A DNA stretch of 60,600 nt, counting the filler, from Hausera hauseri (taxonomy: Eukaryota), in the NCBI GenBank assembly GCA_046269625.1. It is 11 parts of 11 records of this genome, joined end to end, with 100 filler letters (N's around TTAATTAATTAA, not from the genome) between each part and the next. Parts side by side here need not be neighbours in the genome. Positions count along the whole stretch, not along the records: positions 11,573 to 17,730 come from JBJURY010132983.1; positions 17,831 to 23,760 come from JBJURY010166754.1; 9 more parts are not named here. One strand, written 5' to 3'. Within the stretch, counting starts at the first letter, position 1; each line of letters opens with the position of its first letter. Under the pieces are notes generated by a model, which saw only the letters and a list, made by a program, of their open reading frames with translations, searched no databases and was not told the DNA's origin. Both the position numbers and the translations under genes were made by a program. Below, piece by piece: positions 11,892-23,860 of this stretch.

Positions 11892-14800
11892 TTCATTTTC
11901 CTTCTTTTAAATAAACCCATTCACACATATACAGTATTACACTTCCATACTGCGGCTATTCACAATCTCACCTTTATCTTACTTCACTCCTCTGATTTCT
12001 ATCTAACACACAATGGATATATAGTGCCTTTCGCTGGACCCCTGCAACCTTCTACAAATTGTGTCTGCCTTCAAATTCACTTCTGTACCTGTGATGGCAT
12101 GGATTCACCACCAACAATTGATACCACGGACAAACCCACCAAACCACAGATCTCTATCAACTACTTACCCAAACAAAGTACTTCAAACACTTCGACACAA
12201 CACACACTTACTCAATCACCCTGCACAGAATACTTCCTCGACAGCCAAAGCTCTACTCAAACTTGGCTAAAACTGCATCAATTCTGGCTCCAATCACAAA
12301 ATGTTGTTGACTCTTTATCCAAAGCCAACAGCCTTTTTTTCATTTACCACCTTCTATTAAAACTAAAATTACCAATATCATCGACATCCTTCATCACACC
12401 GACCCATATACTCAACTTTAAAATGCCGTTCTTAAGCTTATTGAGCCGTCAATAGACTATATCATTTAAAGATTCTTCAACGTCAACGCCATGGGCCTAC
12501 AGAAGCCTTCTGAATTCTTGCGCACATATTTGTTGCACCTCAATGCTCTTGGCGTAACATATGAGCATAGTCCAGAACTTCGTCGCTATTTTTAAAATAC
12601 ATTGCCCCTTCAAATAATAGCTTTGCTTACTGTGGTCGAGGACTCCACCGCTCTGGAAAAGCTAGCAGAACTGACAGACAAAGTATATGAAGTACTCACT
12701 CTCACACAGCACTAACTATCTTTGCGGCATTAACAACAGACCAACAACAAAACAATGCTGCAGCAACAAATTGCTCAATTACGCACCGAAAATGAAGTGT
12801 TACAAAAGAGAGTTAACAACATAAATGAGAAATTAAATGAATTAACGCTGCCTCGACGTGGTTTTTCTAGGGTTTCTTCTCCTAATGTATTTAATCAACG
12901 TCAAAAACGGTCGCCTTCGCCCGCGCGGTCGTTTATTTGCTACTACCATAACAAATTTGGTAAAAATGCTCAGAAATGCTGCACCGGTTGTACATTTTAC
13001 TCTCCTGATTTTAATACAAGCAACATCGTTTGCATCTATCACTCGAAATTTGGCACAAAATCACAAAAATGCGCACCTGCCTGTAACTACAACACACACA
13101 ATAAAATCAACACTACTAAATTCACACAACAGAGTAGTTGAAACTCACCAGCTACAAAAAACTGATTTCGCCACTAGGATACACCGCAAGAAATAGCAAA
13201 GGCAACAACCTGCAAAAAGATAGCCGACACATTTCTTTTGCTGTATTCACGTTGGAAGCAGCAGTCATCACTCCAACAAAGCAAAACAATAACTTTATTA
13301 AAAATACCGGCGCCGCAATCACTTTACTGCCACCAACATAACACATCCAAAACAATCTCACTTCAAAAAAGCAACTATTCACTGCATCTGGTGAACCTTT
13401 ACAAATTTTTGGAGTTACCAAATTAACGTTCACTCTTCTACACTTCCCAAACACACTCACTTGGAAATTTACAGTAGACAATGTACGTACACCTATACTG
13501 GGTTCAGACTTTCTGTCCCAATACAATTTACTTGTAGATTGCAAACGATGTTCCTTAAAGGGCGGAAATAATCTTAATCAAATTAGCAGCATTTCGGTGA
13601 CCACCCGGGCGATCGCTTTCAGCATGTCAATACTGAAGAAAACGACTTCCGATTTAAATTATTTTTATAATCACACATTATACAAAAAATTTTTACTACG
13701 GTGACAAATACTATATTGCCAACTGCATGACACGATATCATTCACAGGCTCCATGGTTAGACCACTTTTTCCTGCATTGATTTGCACCAAGCATACCACC
13801 AAATTCCGGTGGCCTCAGCAAACATTCCGAAAACGGCTGTCATTAAACCTTTCGGCCTTTTCGAATACCTCTTCATGCCTTTTGGACTCCGTAGCACTTC
13901 CCAGAACTTCCAAAGGCATATTGATTAGTCTTATCAGGTTTAGACTTTGCCTATCCCCTCCACTAATCCACCCGCCCGAAAAACAGTCATCGAGGCAACC
14001 TTAATATAATTGACCTCAATTATGGTTCAGTAATAATCCTTTCCTATAAATGTCATATAAATATATTCATAAAATATCCTAATAGCATTACTAGCATAAG
14101 CAAAAAAATTAACATCAAAAGATTTATTTTCTTTCAATATTTTTATACATATAAAAAATAGATGTCAAATAATAATGAAAAATAATTAAATCAAACTATA
14201 TTTATTCAACCTGTTTCGTTAAAAAAATTGTGAAAATTGAACATATCTGTTTCTAGTGACAAATTGAACAGTAGGTTTATTTTGTTAAATTACTTATTCA
14301 TATATAGATTTTGAGAAATTTTGACAAATTAAGACCTTCATTCAAATGTGTTTTGTAACTGAAATATACAACTTTGGACCAAAATGTTTTTAGAGTTTAT
14401 AGAGGAAACACTGAGCTACGAGATTATGTTATCGCCACCAAGTTAGCATGTTCCAAAATGTGAAAAAATCGCGTTCAAAAAGTCATCCAAATTCATGTAA
14501 AAATTCTTTGCTTCCAAGACCTTCCAAAGGCATATTGATACAGTCCTATCAGGTTTAAATTTTGCCTATCCCTATATTGATGATATCTTAATTGCATCAT
14601 CCTTCTGGAAGCAACACTCTAAACACTTACGTCTAATCTTCCAACGCTTGCACCAAAACAACTTGCAAATTAATTTCTCTAAATGCTCTTTTTTCAACTT
14701 CCTAGGACATGTTGTTAGCTGCTCCGGACATTCACCTCAGCCAGAGTGCATAGCACAGCTAAAGAACAAACAGCTACCACTTACACCAACAGAGATGCGT

Positions 14801-17470
14801 TCTTTTCTGGGAACCTTGCACTTTATTTATAAGTATGTTTCACACTGTTCCACTCTAACTGCTCCATTTGCATCACTAAGCTCTGGCAAAAAAACAGTCT
14901 ATTCAATGGACCGCCAAACTAGTTAACGCTTTCGATCACCTAAAGATAATCTAAAAACCCGGGAAATCCTGGCCTATCCAGACTCCCATGCAAAACTCTT
15001 CTTAACGACGGATGCATCCACAACAGCTGCAGGTGCTATCCTCAATCAAGTCAAAAATGGATTTCATGAGCCATTAGAATTCTTCGCTCGAAAATTCACA
15101 GCACAAGAGCAAATATATTCCACCTGTGACCGACAGTTGCTTGCAATTGTCCTTGCCCTAAAACACTTTAAACACCTGCTAACTGCACAAACTTTACAAT
15201 ACAAACGGATTACAAGCCCTTGCTTCAAATTCTCACCATAAAATCGCCTTCTTCACGTGAGGAGAGGCAAATATTGTATTTGTCCACATTTAATTTTGTA
15301 ATTAAGCACCTAAACGGAGTCGGCAATTTAGTAGCTGACTTTTTGTCCCGATCGGTCAGCTCGATTGATTTCACACCAATTTTTCATCAATCCAAACTTC
15401 AACAAAACCAGCCACCTCCTGATATACTTAAATCTTTTAGATCGTGCAAAACCATCGACGGTGTGGCCTTTGACGCCTCCAAACCTAATAATCCTAAAGT
15501 CATCCTTTTTGAATCGCTTCAAAAATAAGCATTTAACAGTATCCATTCGTTGCATGATCCCGGTACCAAGGCCACTTTTCGACTCTTACAACGTCAAGTA
15601 GAATGGCCGTCGATGCACTTTGACGTGCAGGCATGGGTTAGGCAGTGTGTGGCATGGCAAAAATACAAAGTTACTAAGCATTTAAAGCCACCACTATATA
15701 ATTTTCCCTGCACGTCTTGTTTTGAATCTGTTCACATTGACCTTGTAGGCTAAATACACTTAGACAACGGTCATCAGTTCATTCTTACAATAATGGACCG
15801 TTCATGGCGATGGCCAGAGGCTGTTCCGCTTCGGAGCACCAACACAAACACCATCGCAGACGTTTTCATCCGCACTTGGATCAGCAGGTTTCGATCACCT
15901 CGCCACATGATTTCGGACCAAGGTCCACAATTCGAATCCAACCTGTTTAAAGCTCTTGTCAATTGATTAGGAATTAACCACATTCACACGTCACCATATC
16001 ATTCTCAATCGAATGGTCTTCTCGAACGCTTTCACCGAACGATGAAAACATTTCTTAAAATCCTTGCTGAGTCCAATCGCAGTTGGACCACACTCCTTCC
16101 GTACGTTTTGCTTGGCTGGCGGAACACACCATCTACGTCTACAGATTGCTCACCTGCAGAAGCATTATTTGGTACTTCTATCAGACCCCTATTCGAGCTG
16201 GCTGAGCTGGACAATATTTTTACAGTCGAAACCATACAAGCGTCACAGAGGCACATTTTTGCTATCAGCAAAGACTCATTTTGTAGACTACTACACGGAA
16301 ATAAACATTACATATCCGACGATTTGTATACTACCAAGTTTATATGGCTAAAAATCAGACGCCATATGGTTTTCAACTTCAGCATGTCGGACCTTACAAA
16401 GTAATTCGTTTACACTCACACAACATCATGATTCTCAAGGACGACAAAGAAGTAACAGTCCACATCAACAACGCTAAACCGACTTTCTTCATTGACGATA
16501 CGTCTCCCATCGAAACCACTTCTCAACCAACATCTTTACACGACGCGCAGCAATCCAACAATTCACCTTCCATCTATGCTCAATTCTTCAACCCACTTTC
16601 TCCTACATTTTCTACCAAGACTTCTTTAATTTTTTCTGATAGGTCATCTTCTTTTTCTCATCCGATTTTGCACCTTCAAGCCTTTTCACACCTCCTTTAT
16701 CCCCTGATAACAACTTGCTTTCTCCTCTTACAATACCGCCTCAATCAAATACCACTTCAACTTTACCAATCTCTGCATCCACCCCTTTCATCATTCCAGT
16801 CTCTTGCATAACACCCTCCAACTACTTTCGTCTGTCTTCTCCATCGTCTTGCTCTTTTCTGCATTGTCACTCTTCGTCGTCTTTTCTGTCTCTCTCTTTC
16901 TCCTTCCACACCTTCCTAATCTTCGGCGCTTTCTTTCTCCCTTTCTCCTCACACATATTATTTTACCCCTTTCATTTCCGCATCGCAACTTCCTCCTCTC
17001 TTAATTTCTATTCCTATCTCTCTTTCTCTCTTTACCACTACCTCTATTTCATCTTCCATTTCCACTCTTTCACCAAATTCAATTTCAATTTCTACGCTAC
17101 TTTTCGTCTCTCCTCCTTCATCCGCCACTACACCTTTTATCATTCCTTCGTCTTCCAACACTCTCTTGAATACCTTTAGCCATCCGTCTTCAATAATCTC
17201 TCTTTCTCCTTCACCTTCTTTTTCAACACTCACAACAAAATCCGACAATTTTTCCCCAACTTCAAATTCTGCAAGCAAACACATCGCATAAACACACAAC
17301 ATGCAAAATCACATTTAGCAAGTATGGTAGGGAAAATCAATAGAAGGCAGTCAACGTCTTGTTCACAGTAAGACCAACTGACACACACTTTTTCGTTTAG
17401 GGCTTGTTTCTTTCCGTCAGTTTTAATGTTTATAGTTTTCACCTTGTCATGGGGTGTGATGTGGTTCCCA
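11892..17470 (+). mobile_element. Ty3/Gypsy element family C (CsRN1-like): UBL-gag (2x CHCC)-PR-RT-RH-IN-Ser/Pro-rich tail-PPT/LTR start; degenerate
   Basis: CYYHNKFGKNAQKC twice; protease NTGAA and ILGSDFL; RT MPFGL and PYIDD; RH TDAS; IN H..C..HIDLVG, SDQGPQFES, GPY; ggggtg followed by TGATGT at about 17452-17463. Confidence 0.9.
13907..14573 (+). other. AT-rich insertion in RT flanked by an approximately 52-bp duplicated RT segment
   Basis: cttccaaaggcatattgat...tatcaggttta..tttgcctatccc at 13907-13958 and 14521-14573. Confidence 0.75.
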
Positions 17471-17830
17471 CAGTGGCCGGTGCCGTTTGGCCCGTTTTGT
17501 TGGCACGGCCGGGCGTTTGTTGCCGTCGCGTCGGATCCATAATAGGATCCGATTTTCCCGCTTCAAGAATCTAACACCGTTGCAGGTGCCTTTATCAGAA
17601 CCTCTGCAGCTGGTCAAAACGATGTATGATTCGTTTCTCCGCACCAAGTTCCATCCATCCAACGCATCATTAGTTAACTCAGACATTATTCGGAAGACCA
17701 AATTTCAAGTCATACCACATATAAAGCCAANNNNNNNNNNNNNNNNNNNNNNNNNNNNNNNNNNNNNNNNNNNNTTAATTAATTAANNNNNNNNNNNNNN
17801 NNNNNNNNNNNNNNNNNNNNNNNNNNNNNN

Positions 17831-18688
17831 AATAAAGTGTTGTCTGGCAGTGTGTGAGCAGTTGCTGCGGCTACTGGCTGCGAGTTATTGGACTGCAGAA
17901 TATCAAAGCTTTTGTCCGCCAATAAGGCGAGCTTTTCGAGGGCAGCAGAGTCATCTACTACAGTAAGCAAAGCTCGAAAGGAGGTTGGCAAAAACGAAAG
18001 GAAATACCGACAATGAAGATCGGCATTGTTTATAGGAGTCACGCCTAAAGAGCTCAGTTGTGAGATGGCAGTTTTAAGGAAATCCGATGGTTTTTGATTT
18101 CCGATGGCGTGTTCATTAAAATACTTCTGGATTATGTAGGTAATATGTAGAACCGATTCGTACAGAATATCATACAGGCTTGAAGAAGAGAGTATATCAA
18201 CCAGATTATTGATTTGCCTCTTGATGTTGGCTGGAAGTAATTTCAGCAAACTGTCAGCCCGCTGAAAGAAATCCGTAATATGATTGGCTTGAAGCCATTC
18301 CAAATGGAACTGCAGCCAGGTACGACTAGAATTCGTCTTGTGTAGAAAAAAAATCCGTGCAGGGGAGATTTGGAGTTGTTGGTGTGGTGTCGACAGGACG
18401 ACGACCAGATTTAGTTTTTGCTAAGTGTTCGGTAGAAGGATCAAGATCTGACCCACCACGGATGCGAAAATGGACATTGAGAGTAATGGAATATTTCTCG
18501 GGTGCAAAGGATGAAAAAGAGTCGTAAGGTTGCAAAGTTAGACCGTTGTGCATAAGATAAAAATCAGAGGAGTCGAGAAAAAAGGACAATTCAGTATAAA
18601 GAAATTGAGCTGTTTGTTTGTGCGTAACCCTTAATGTGTGGACATGTTTGTTATTAGAAAATATAAGAAAAGAGGGAACAGCGCGCAA
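17831..18688 (-). mobile_element. Family C 5' end: ubiquitin-like domain (ends RIRGG at 18452) fused to gag
   Basis: FLIF..HTLRV..DFYLMHNG..TLNVHFRIRGG followed in frame by Gag LPCTDFF..TWLQFHLEWL..KPSDFL. Confidence 0.85.
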
Positions 18689-18699
18689 CGGTGGCGGGC

Positions 18700-21102
18700 A
18701 CGCTCAACACCTCACCCAAAATATCAATAGCGTCGTTTCGCATTACAAAAGATGGTGTAACCATATGTAAATCATAATTACTTTTAATTGATAACGACTC
18801 TGACAATCGTTCCGCTAACTTCTGAGCAGCTTTGACATATTGAGGAATGCTTTGTTTCAGATATTTAAACAGCAAATTTGATGTCTGAGTGGAAGGGAAT
18901 TGTTGTGGAATAGATGCGATGTACATAGGATTATTGTTAAGTGATCTTGTTGGTTTCAAAGAGGAGTCACGGATAGACTGGATGTTTTGAAATGGAGGGT
19001 TGACTTGTTCTCGACTAAGTTCCCCACAATTCAATGGACTAGTCATATATCCGTATACAATTCTATTATCAATATACACAGAAAAGTTATTTGTTTGTGT
19101 CGATTTTGCAAAGAGGATTATATTGTTTACAGGATTAGAATTGTTTATCGATGGAATGAAAGAAAGGTTTTGTGTTTCAGTGATATTTAGACTGATCAAA
19201 TAAACCATATAAACCATTGGTGCTTCAAAGACACCTGTAGTCTTACATTTCTGAATAGCAAAATAATCGTTTGAACGTTTGTAGTAACCTTGTTCTGTTA
19301 TATCACCCCAAAAGTTGGCATAAGATTCAAACAATGGGCACTTCATTTTCCATTAAATAGGAAAGAATATTTTCATCATTTATCATTACATTAGCATCAA
19401 TCATAAACAAATAATCTGCCCATGCCCGACGTGCTGATTCTAGAGCTTCTTCTTTAATTCTCAAGATCACCTGCGTCAATGAACCAGTAAGTATTTCTGG
19501 TGGACAATAGTCATCGAACTCACTGTATACATGTTTGTTCACCAGTCGAAACAACTCACCGGAACGCACACGACCGGCTCGTCCTTTCCTTTGTTCACAA
19601 CACAACTTGCTAGCCCATTCAGTTTGCAGTGATGAAAAATGTGTTTCTCTGTCGTACCGAAGTCGTTTTATCATGCACAGATCAATCACATATCGAATAT
19701 CCTTCACTGTAATAGAACTTTCGGCTATGTTAGTCGATAGGATGATTTTATGTCGTCCATCCTGAGGATTATCGAATGACGGCTTTGTTCAGATATACCA
19801 ATACTAGAATGCAAAGCCATTAAGTAAAATGTTTCTTGATAAACTTCTTGAAGAGCAGGGTTCTTCAAAACATTGGCAATACAACTATCTGAGTAGATCT
19901 TTAACGGAAAAATGGTTGCTGACTGGCCAGCATTTGTGAACATATCCCTTTTTTGGGGATTTACACAAGATTCTCGATTAGCTCCCATAAGTAAGTATTC
20001 ATTAATCTCGGTAATTTCATTCAGACCCGGAGGGAAAATAAGAACGGATCCCATACTTAGATTATTTACATCTTTGCATCTGGCGTCTGCCATTTCCTTA
20101 TACGTAATATACATTAGCAATTGATAAATGATCCCTTTTAATTCTGCCGTAAGTCTCGACGTATTCGACATGTCACACGTGAATTCTTGACAAATACCGA
20201 GACCGGGCAAATTATCCAAAAAGTGTTCTTTTACTTCATACTTTAAAAATGGCACCGGGTAATGGATTCAGAGTTTTTGGATCTGTTTATTTTGAGAAAT
20301 AACATGATTTTTTTTAGCTACAACTGTGGCTGACATAAGAGTGACTTTAGTTTTGATGTCGTGAATAAGCAAATCTTTGACCACAGATAAAAGAAGATCC
20401 ATATCAACATCTCTTTCGTGAACTTCATCTTGTATAATGAGTGTAATCTGTGAGACACTGATTGTGTATCAATTGTTCTAACAGTACTCCAGTTGTGACG
20501 TATGTTATTACTGTATCACTGCCGCATTTCCTATCAAGGCCGACTTGGTAACCGACAGAATGACCAACTTCCCAATTACGTTCCGACGCAACATGCATGG
20601 CAAGACTTATTGCTGCAATTCTTCGAGGTTGCGTAACAACTATGTTGACTGGTTCGTCACGATTAAACGCATCGTCCAATATAAATTGCGGAATCTGTGT
20701 ACTTTTACCGCAACCCATACTGCCTTCAATTACCAATGTCTGATTATTTCCAACTTCTTGCATTATTTGCGTCTCGTACGCATGAATGGGTAATAATATT
20801 GATTTTCTTGGTCCGGAACCGGCACTTTTAACGCGATTTAATCGTTCACTGTTAACTTTCTTCTGGTGCACGTTTCGCACATCTTCAACATGATCCAAAT
20901 TTATATCCGTATTCAGATTATAAACAATTGACGCATTTTCTCGAGTTGTCACACTTTCCAAATCATCCATTCTCCGATAGCGAATACCATTAGTTTGTGA
21001 TTTTTGCATTGACCATTTTAATACACTTTCTTCATCACTATATCGTTTACCTTCATGAGCAATTTTAAAGTCAATATGATGATACTTTGACTGAATAGAC
21101 AA
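18700..21102 (-). pseudogene. TDRD9: TDRD9/spindle-E-like DExH RNA helicase fragment (frameshifted, internally deleted)
   Basis: GSMGCGKSTQIPQFILD, VTQPRRIAA, VGYQVGL, YVTTGVLL, DEVHER, MSAT, ALHSSI, STNIAESSITV, EQRKGRAGRV. Confidence 0.75.
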
Positions 21103-22146
21103 AATACAATCAATATTTTCGTACTGTTATTTCCTTTTTCGACATGAACCAGTGAAATAGATGCAAAATGCCAATTTGCCGACATTGTAAAAATTAGGAT
21201 ATCAATTGGATTTTCGTTTGTCATTGTAAAATACAAACTCTTCAGACTTTTAATCGAAATTGTTCCAAAATCCAAATGATTGTGGTATAATTCCGATCGA
21301 TGGGGCAGAATCGTCAGTTTGACATTGTAAACAAACAGAGGTATCATAAAGAGCAAAACGTTAGGAAGTACTGAAATTTGCGTTATAAAAGAACTTATAT
21401 TTTCGGACGGAATAAAATCAATTTCAAATGATGCCGTTTCTTTGGAATTTATGTGAATCGGTATTTTGGAATTTGGTAGCTTAAAAGAAATATTTCCTTT
21501 TGGAGAAAGGGAAAAAGAATAAATAGTTATTTTGAAATCAAATGTGTTGGTTAAAAATATGGATTTCCTTTCAATTTTAGGTTTTTTAGATCCCGAATAA
21601 AATTTTGTATAATTAGCATCATAAACCAAAGAACCATGGTAGATATTAGCAGCAACTGGACCTTTTAAAGTTTCTTTTCTTTCATCGATGACAATGATAT
21701 ATCCACTAGTCATTGGCATTAATTGCCTTTACAGCCGAAAACGTGACCGTTGCAATTCCCATTTTATTCTGAGTTCCTGGTGGAACGTATTTTGTATTGA
21801 TGTCAATCAGAACTGCTTCATGTGACTTATCCATCACGATATCCTTTATTACAAGCAATCGATGTCCGGAATTTATTACGTATGATTTCAACGATTTGAA
21901 TATAGATATTAATTGTATTGAAGATGATTCATGATTATTTAAAATTATAACTTCTTCCAATTTGCTTTCGCCGATATATCTGTTTAATCTTAGAATAAAC
22001 AACATTGATAATTTAAATACATACGTGGCCGCAAACTCAATTGTTGGAGGATCAAAATGTACAGGATTTGCGGGCACTTTTCCATTGTAAATCCTTAAAA
22101 ACAAATATGAAACTCTATCAAATACTATGTCCATATCAATTATCAA
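21100..22146 (-). pseudogene. TMEM131: TMEM131-like fragment with a retained 45-nt intron and internal deletion
   Basis: HFDPPTIEF..IGESKLEEVIILNN, INSG, IPLFVYNVKL, LDFGTI...FTMTNENPIDI match TMEM131 blocks; gtatgt...aacag intron near 21980-22024. Confidence 0.7.
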
Positions 22147-22237
22147 GATTCGCCTGAGTAATCTATATAAAAAATATGGAATATAACCTACACATTTAAC
22201 AAAAATACCACCCAGACAGTTGCAAACAATATATTAC

Positions 22238-22426
22238 CATCTTTTTCCTTAGGCGCTTTGTAAAACGACAATGCTAATGAGATGATGGCAGCAACAATGA
22301 GTATGATCAAGGTAACATCTTGCAATGCCTCCCATACTAACTGCAGGAAGCTCTTGGGAGGTTTTGGAGGAATAACATTTGAGCCAAACACCCTCCGCCT
22401 CTGTTCTAAGTCAGTACAATCAATAC
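22238..22426 (-). pseudogene. ATP2B: Isolated exon of plasma-membrane Ca2+-ATPase (PMCA)
   Basis: [51 protein letters not shown], bounded by ttttag and gtaata splice signals. Confidence 0.85.
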
Positions 22427-23429
22427 CTAAAATCACAGAGATATAAAGTATTTCGGAAGCCAGCTATCTTCAGGTGTCACTAAAACACAGTAGATGAGGT
22501 CCAATAAAAAGAGAACAATGCAAAGTCATTAAACAAAAAATACCAAAAATATGGCAAACAAAAAGAGCCGAAAATGAACATCTATTAGCATAAAGCAAAA
22601 ACACAACACAAATAAATCGGAGTATGTTAAAATGTTTCAGTAAACATGGGGAGTCTGAGGTACTACAAGCGCCCTGGCAACCCTCTACCTCAGCAACATG
22701 TTTAGTCCATACCTCTCCCGACCTCAAGGTGGTGGTTTCAGGCAATAGAAGAGAACCCTTCCTGCCTATAGTGACAGGCTCGGGATGGTCACCAACTTGA
22801 AGATGGACCACTTCAAGACGGTCACATTAATAAGTACTAACTGCACTGAGGAGCTTAATCAATCCTTTATGTAAGCATAAGGATGGCAGAAAGCTTTGCC
22901 AATCTCTCAAACAAGGCTCGTATAGAAGAATACAAACTCAGTGAATCAGAGTTAACAACAATAAAAATTCCCTTGCCAGCAGATAAATATTTTAACTCTG
23001 ATAAAAACCAAAAAATAAATTATTAAAGGATCCCACAACTGTAAATGGAAGACACAATTTTTTTTTTAAATACATCACAATCACAATCTGATAAAAACCA
23101 ATGAAATATTACAGAACAAGAACTGAATAAATAAAGTAATACAGAAATATATAAAACACACAGCAATACGTGAACTTACTACTTACTTGGTTGTAGAAAA
23201 ATAAAACATAATTACAACAATAGAAATAGACAATAGAATCAAATAACTAGAACTCACAGAAACAAACATACTGACTAATACAAAGAGTTTAAAGTTGTTA
23301 TACAAAGAAAAGTCTGAGATGAAATATACTATGGAGATGTTACATTAGTGTTTCAGCGTCACAAGTTGGCTTCCTAGTGATCCTGGCCCCAGCAAAGGAT
23401 TTCACTGTATGTTGTCCAGCTTTTAGTTC

Positions 23430-23760
23430 ATCTATCTGGTGGAGATACTGGCAAGAAATAGCCGCGCTAAAGATGGAAAATGGCATAGGAAAATACCAGC
23501 AAATAAAAAGAGGTGTGCGTCAAGGATGTGTCTTATCACCTGATCTGTTCTCCATATAAAGTGAAATGATAATGAATGCTGTAGACGACAAACAAGGAAT
23601 ATTAGTAGGAGAGCACAATATAATATAACCTAAGATATGCTGACGACACTGTATTGATTGCTACAATTGAAAAAGATCTACAAACACTTGTAGAGAAAGT
23701 AGTAGAAGAGAGTGACAGCAAAGGTCTCAATCTTAATCCATAGAAAACAGAAATAATGGT
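23430..23760 (+). mobile_element. Non-LTR (RTE-like LINE) reverse transcriptase fragment
   Basis: KRGVRQGCVLSPDLFSI and NLRYADDTVLIA motifs. Confidence 0.85.
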
Positions 23761-23860
23761 NNNNNNNNNNNNNNNNNNNNNNNNNNNNNNNNNNNNNNNN
23801 NNNNTTAATTAATTAANNNNNNNNNNNNNNNNNNNNNNNNNNNNNNNNNNNNNNNNNNNN

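Noticed and set aside
16715-17302. Phe/Ser-rich membrane protein and Glu-rich antisense ORFs
   Set aside because: Alternative-frame products of a low-complexity pyrimidine tract
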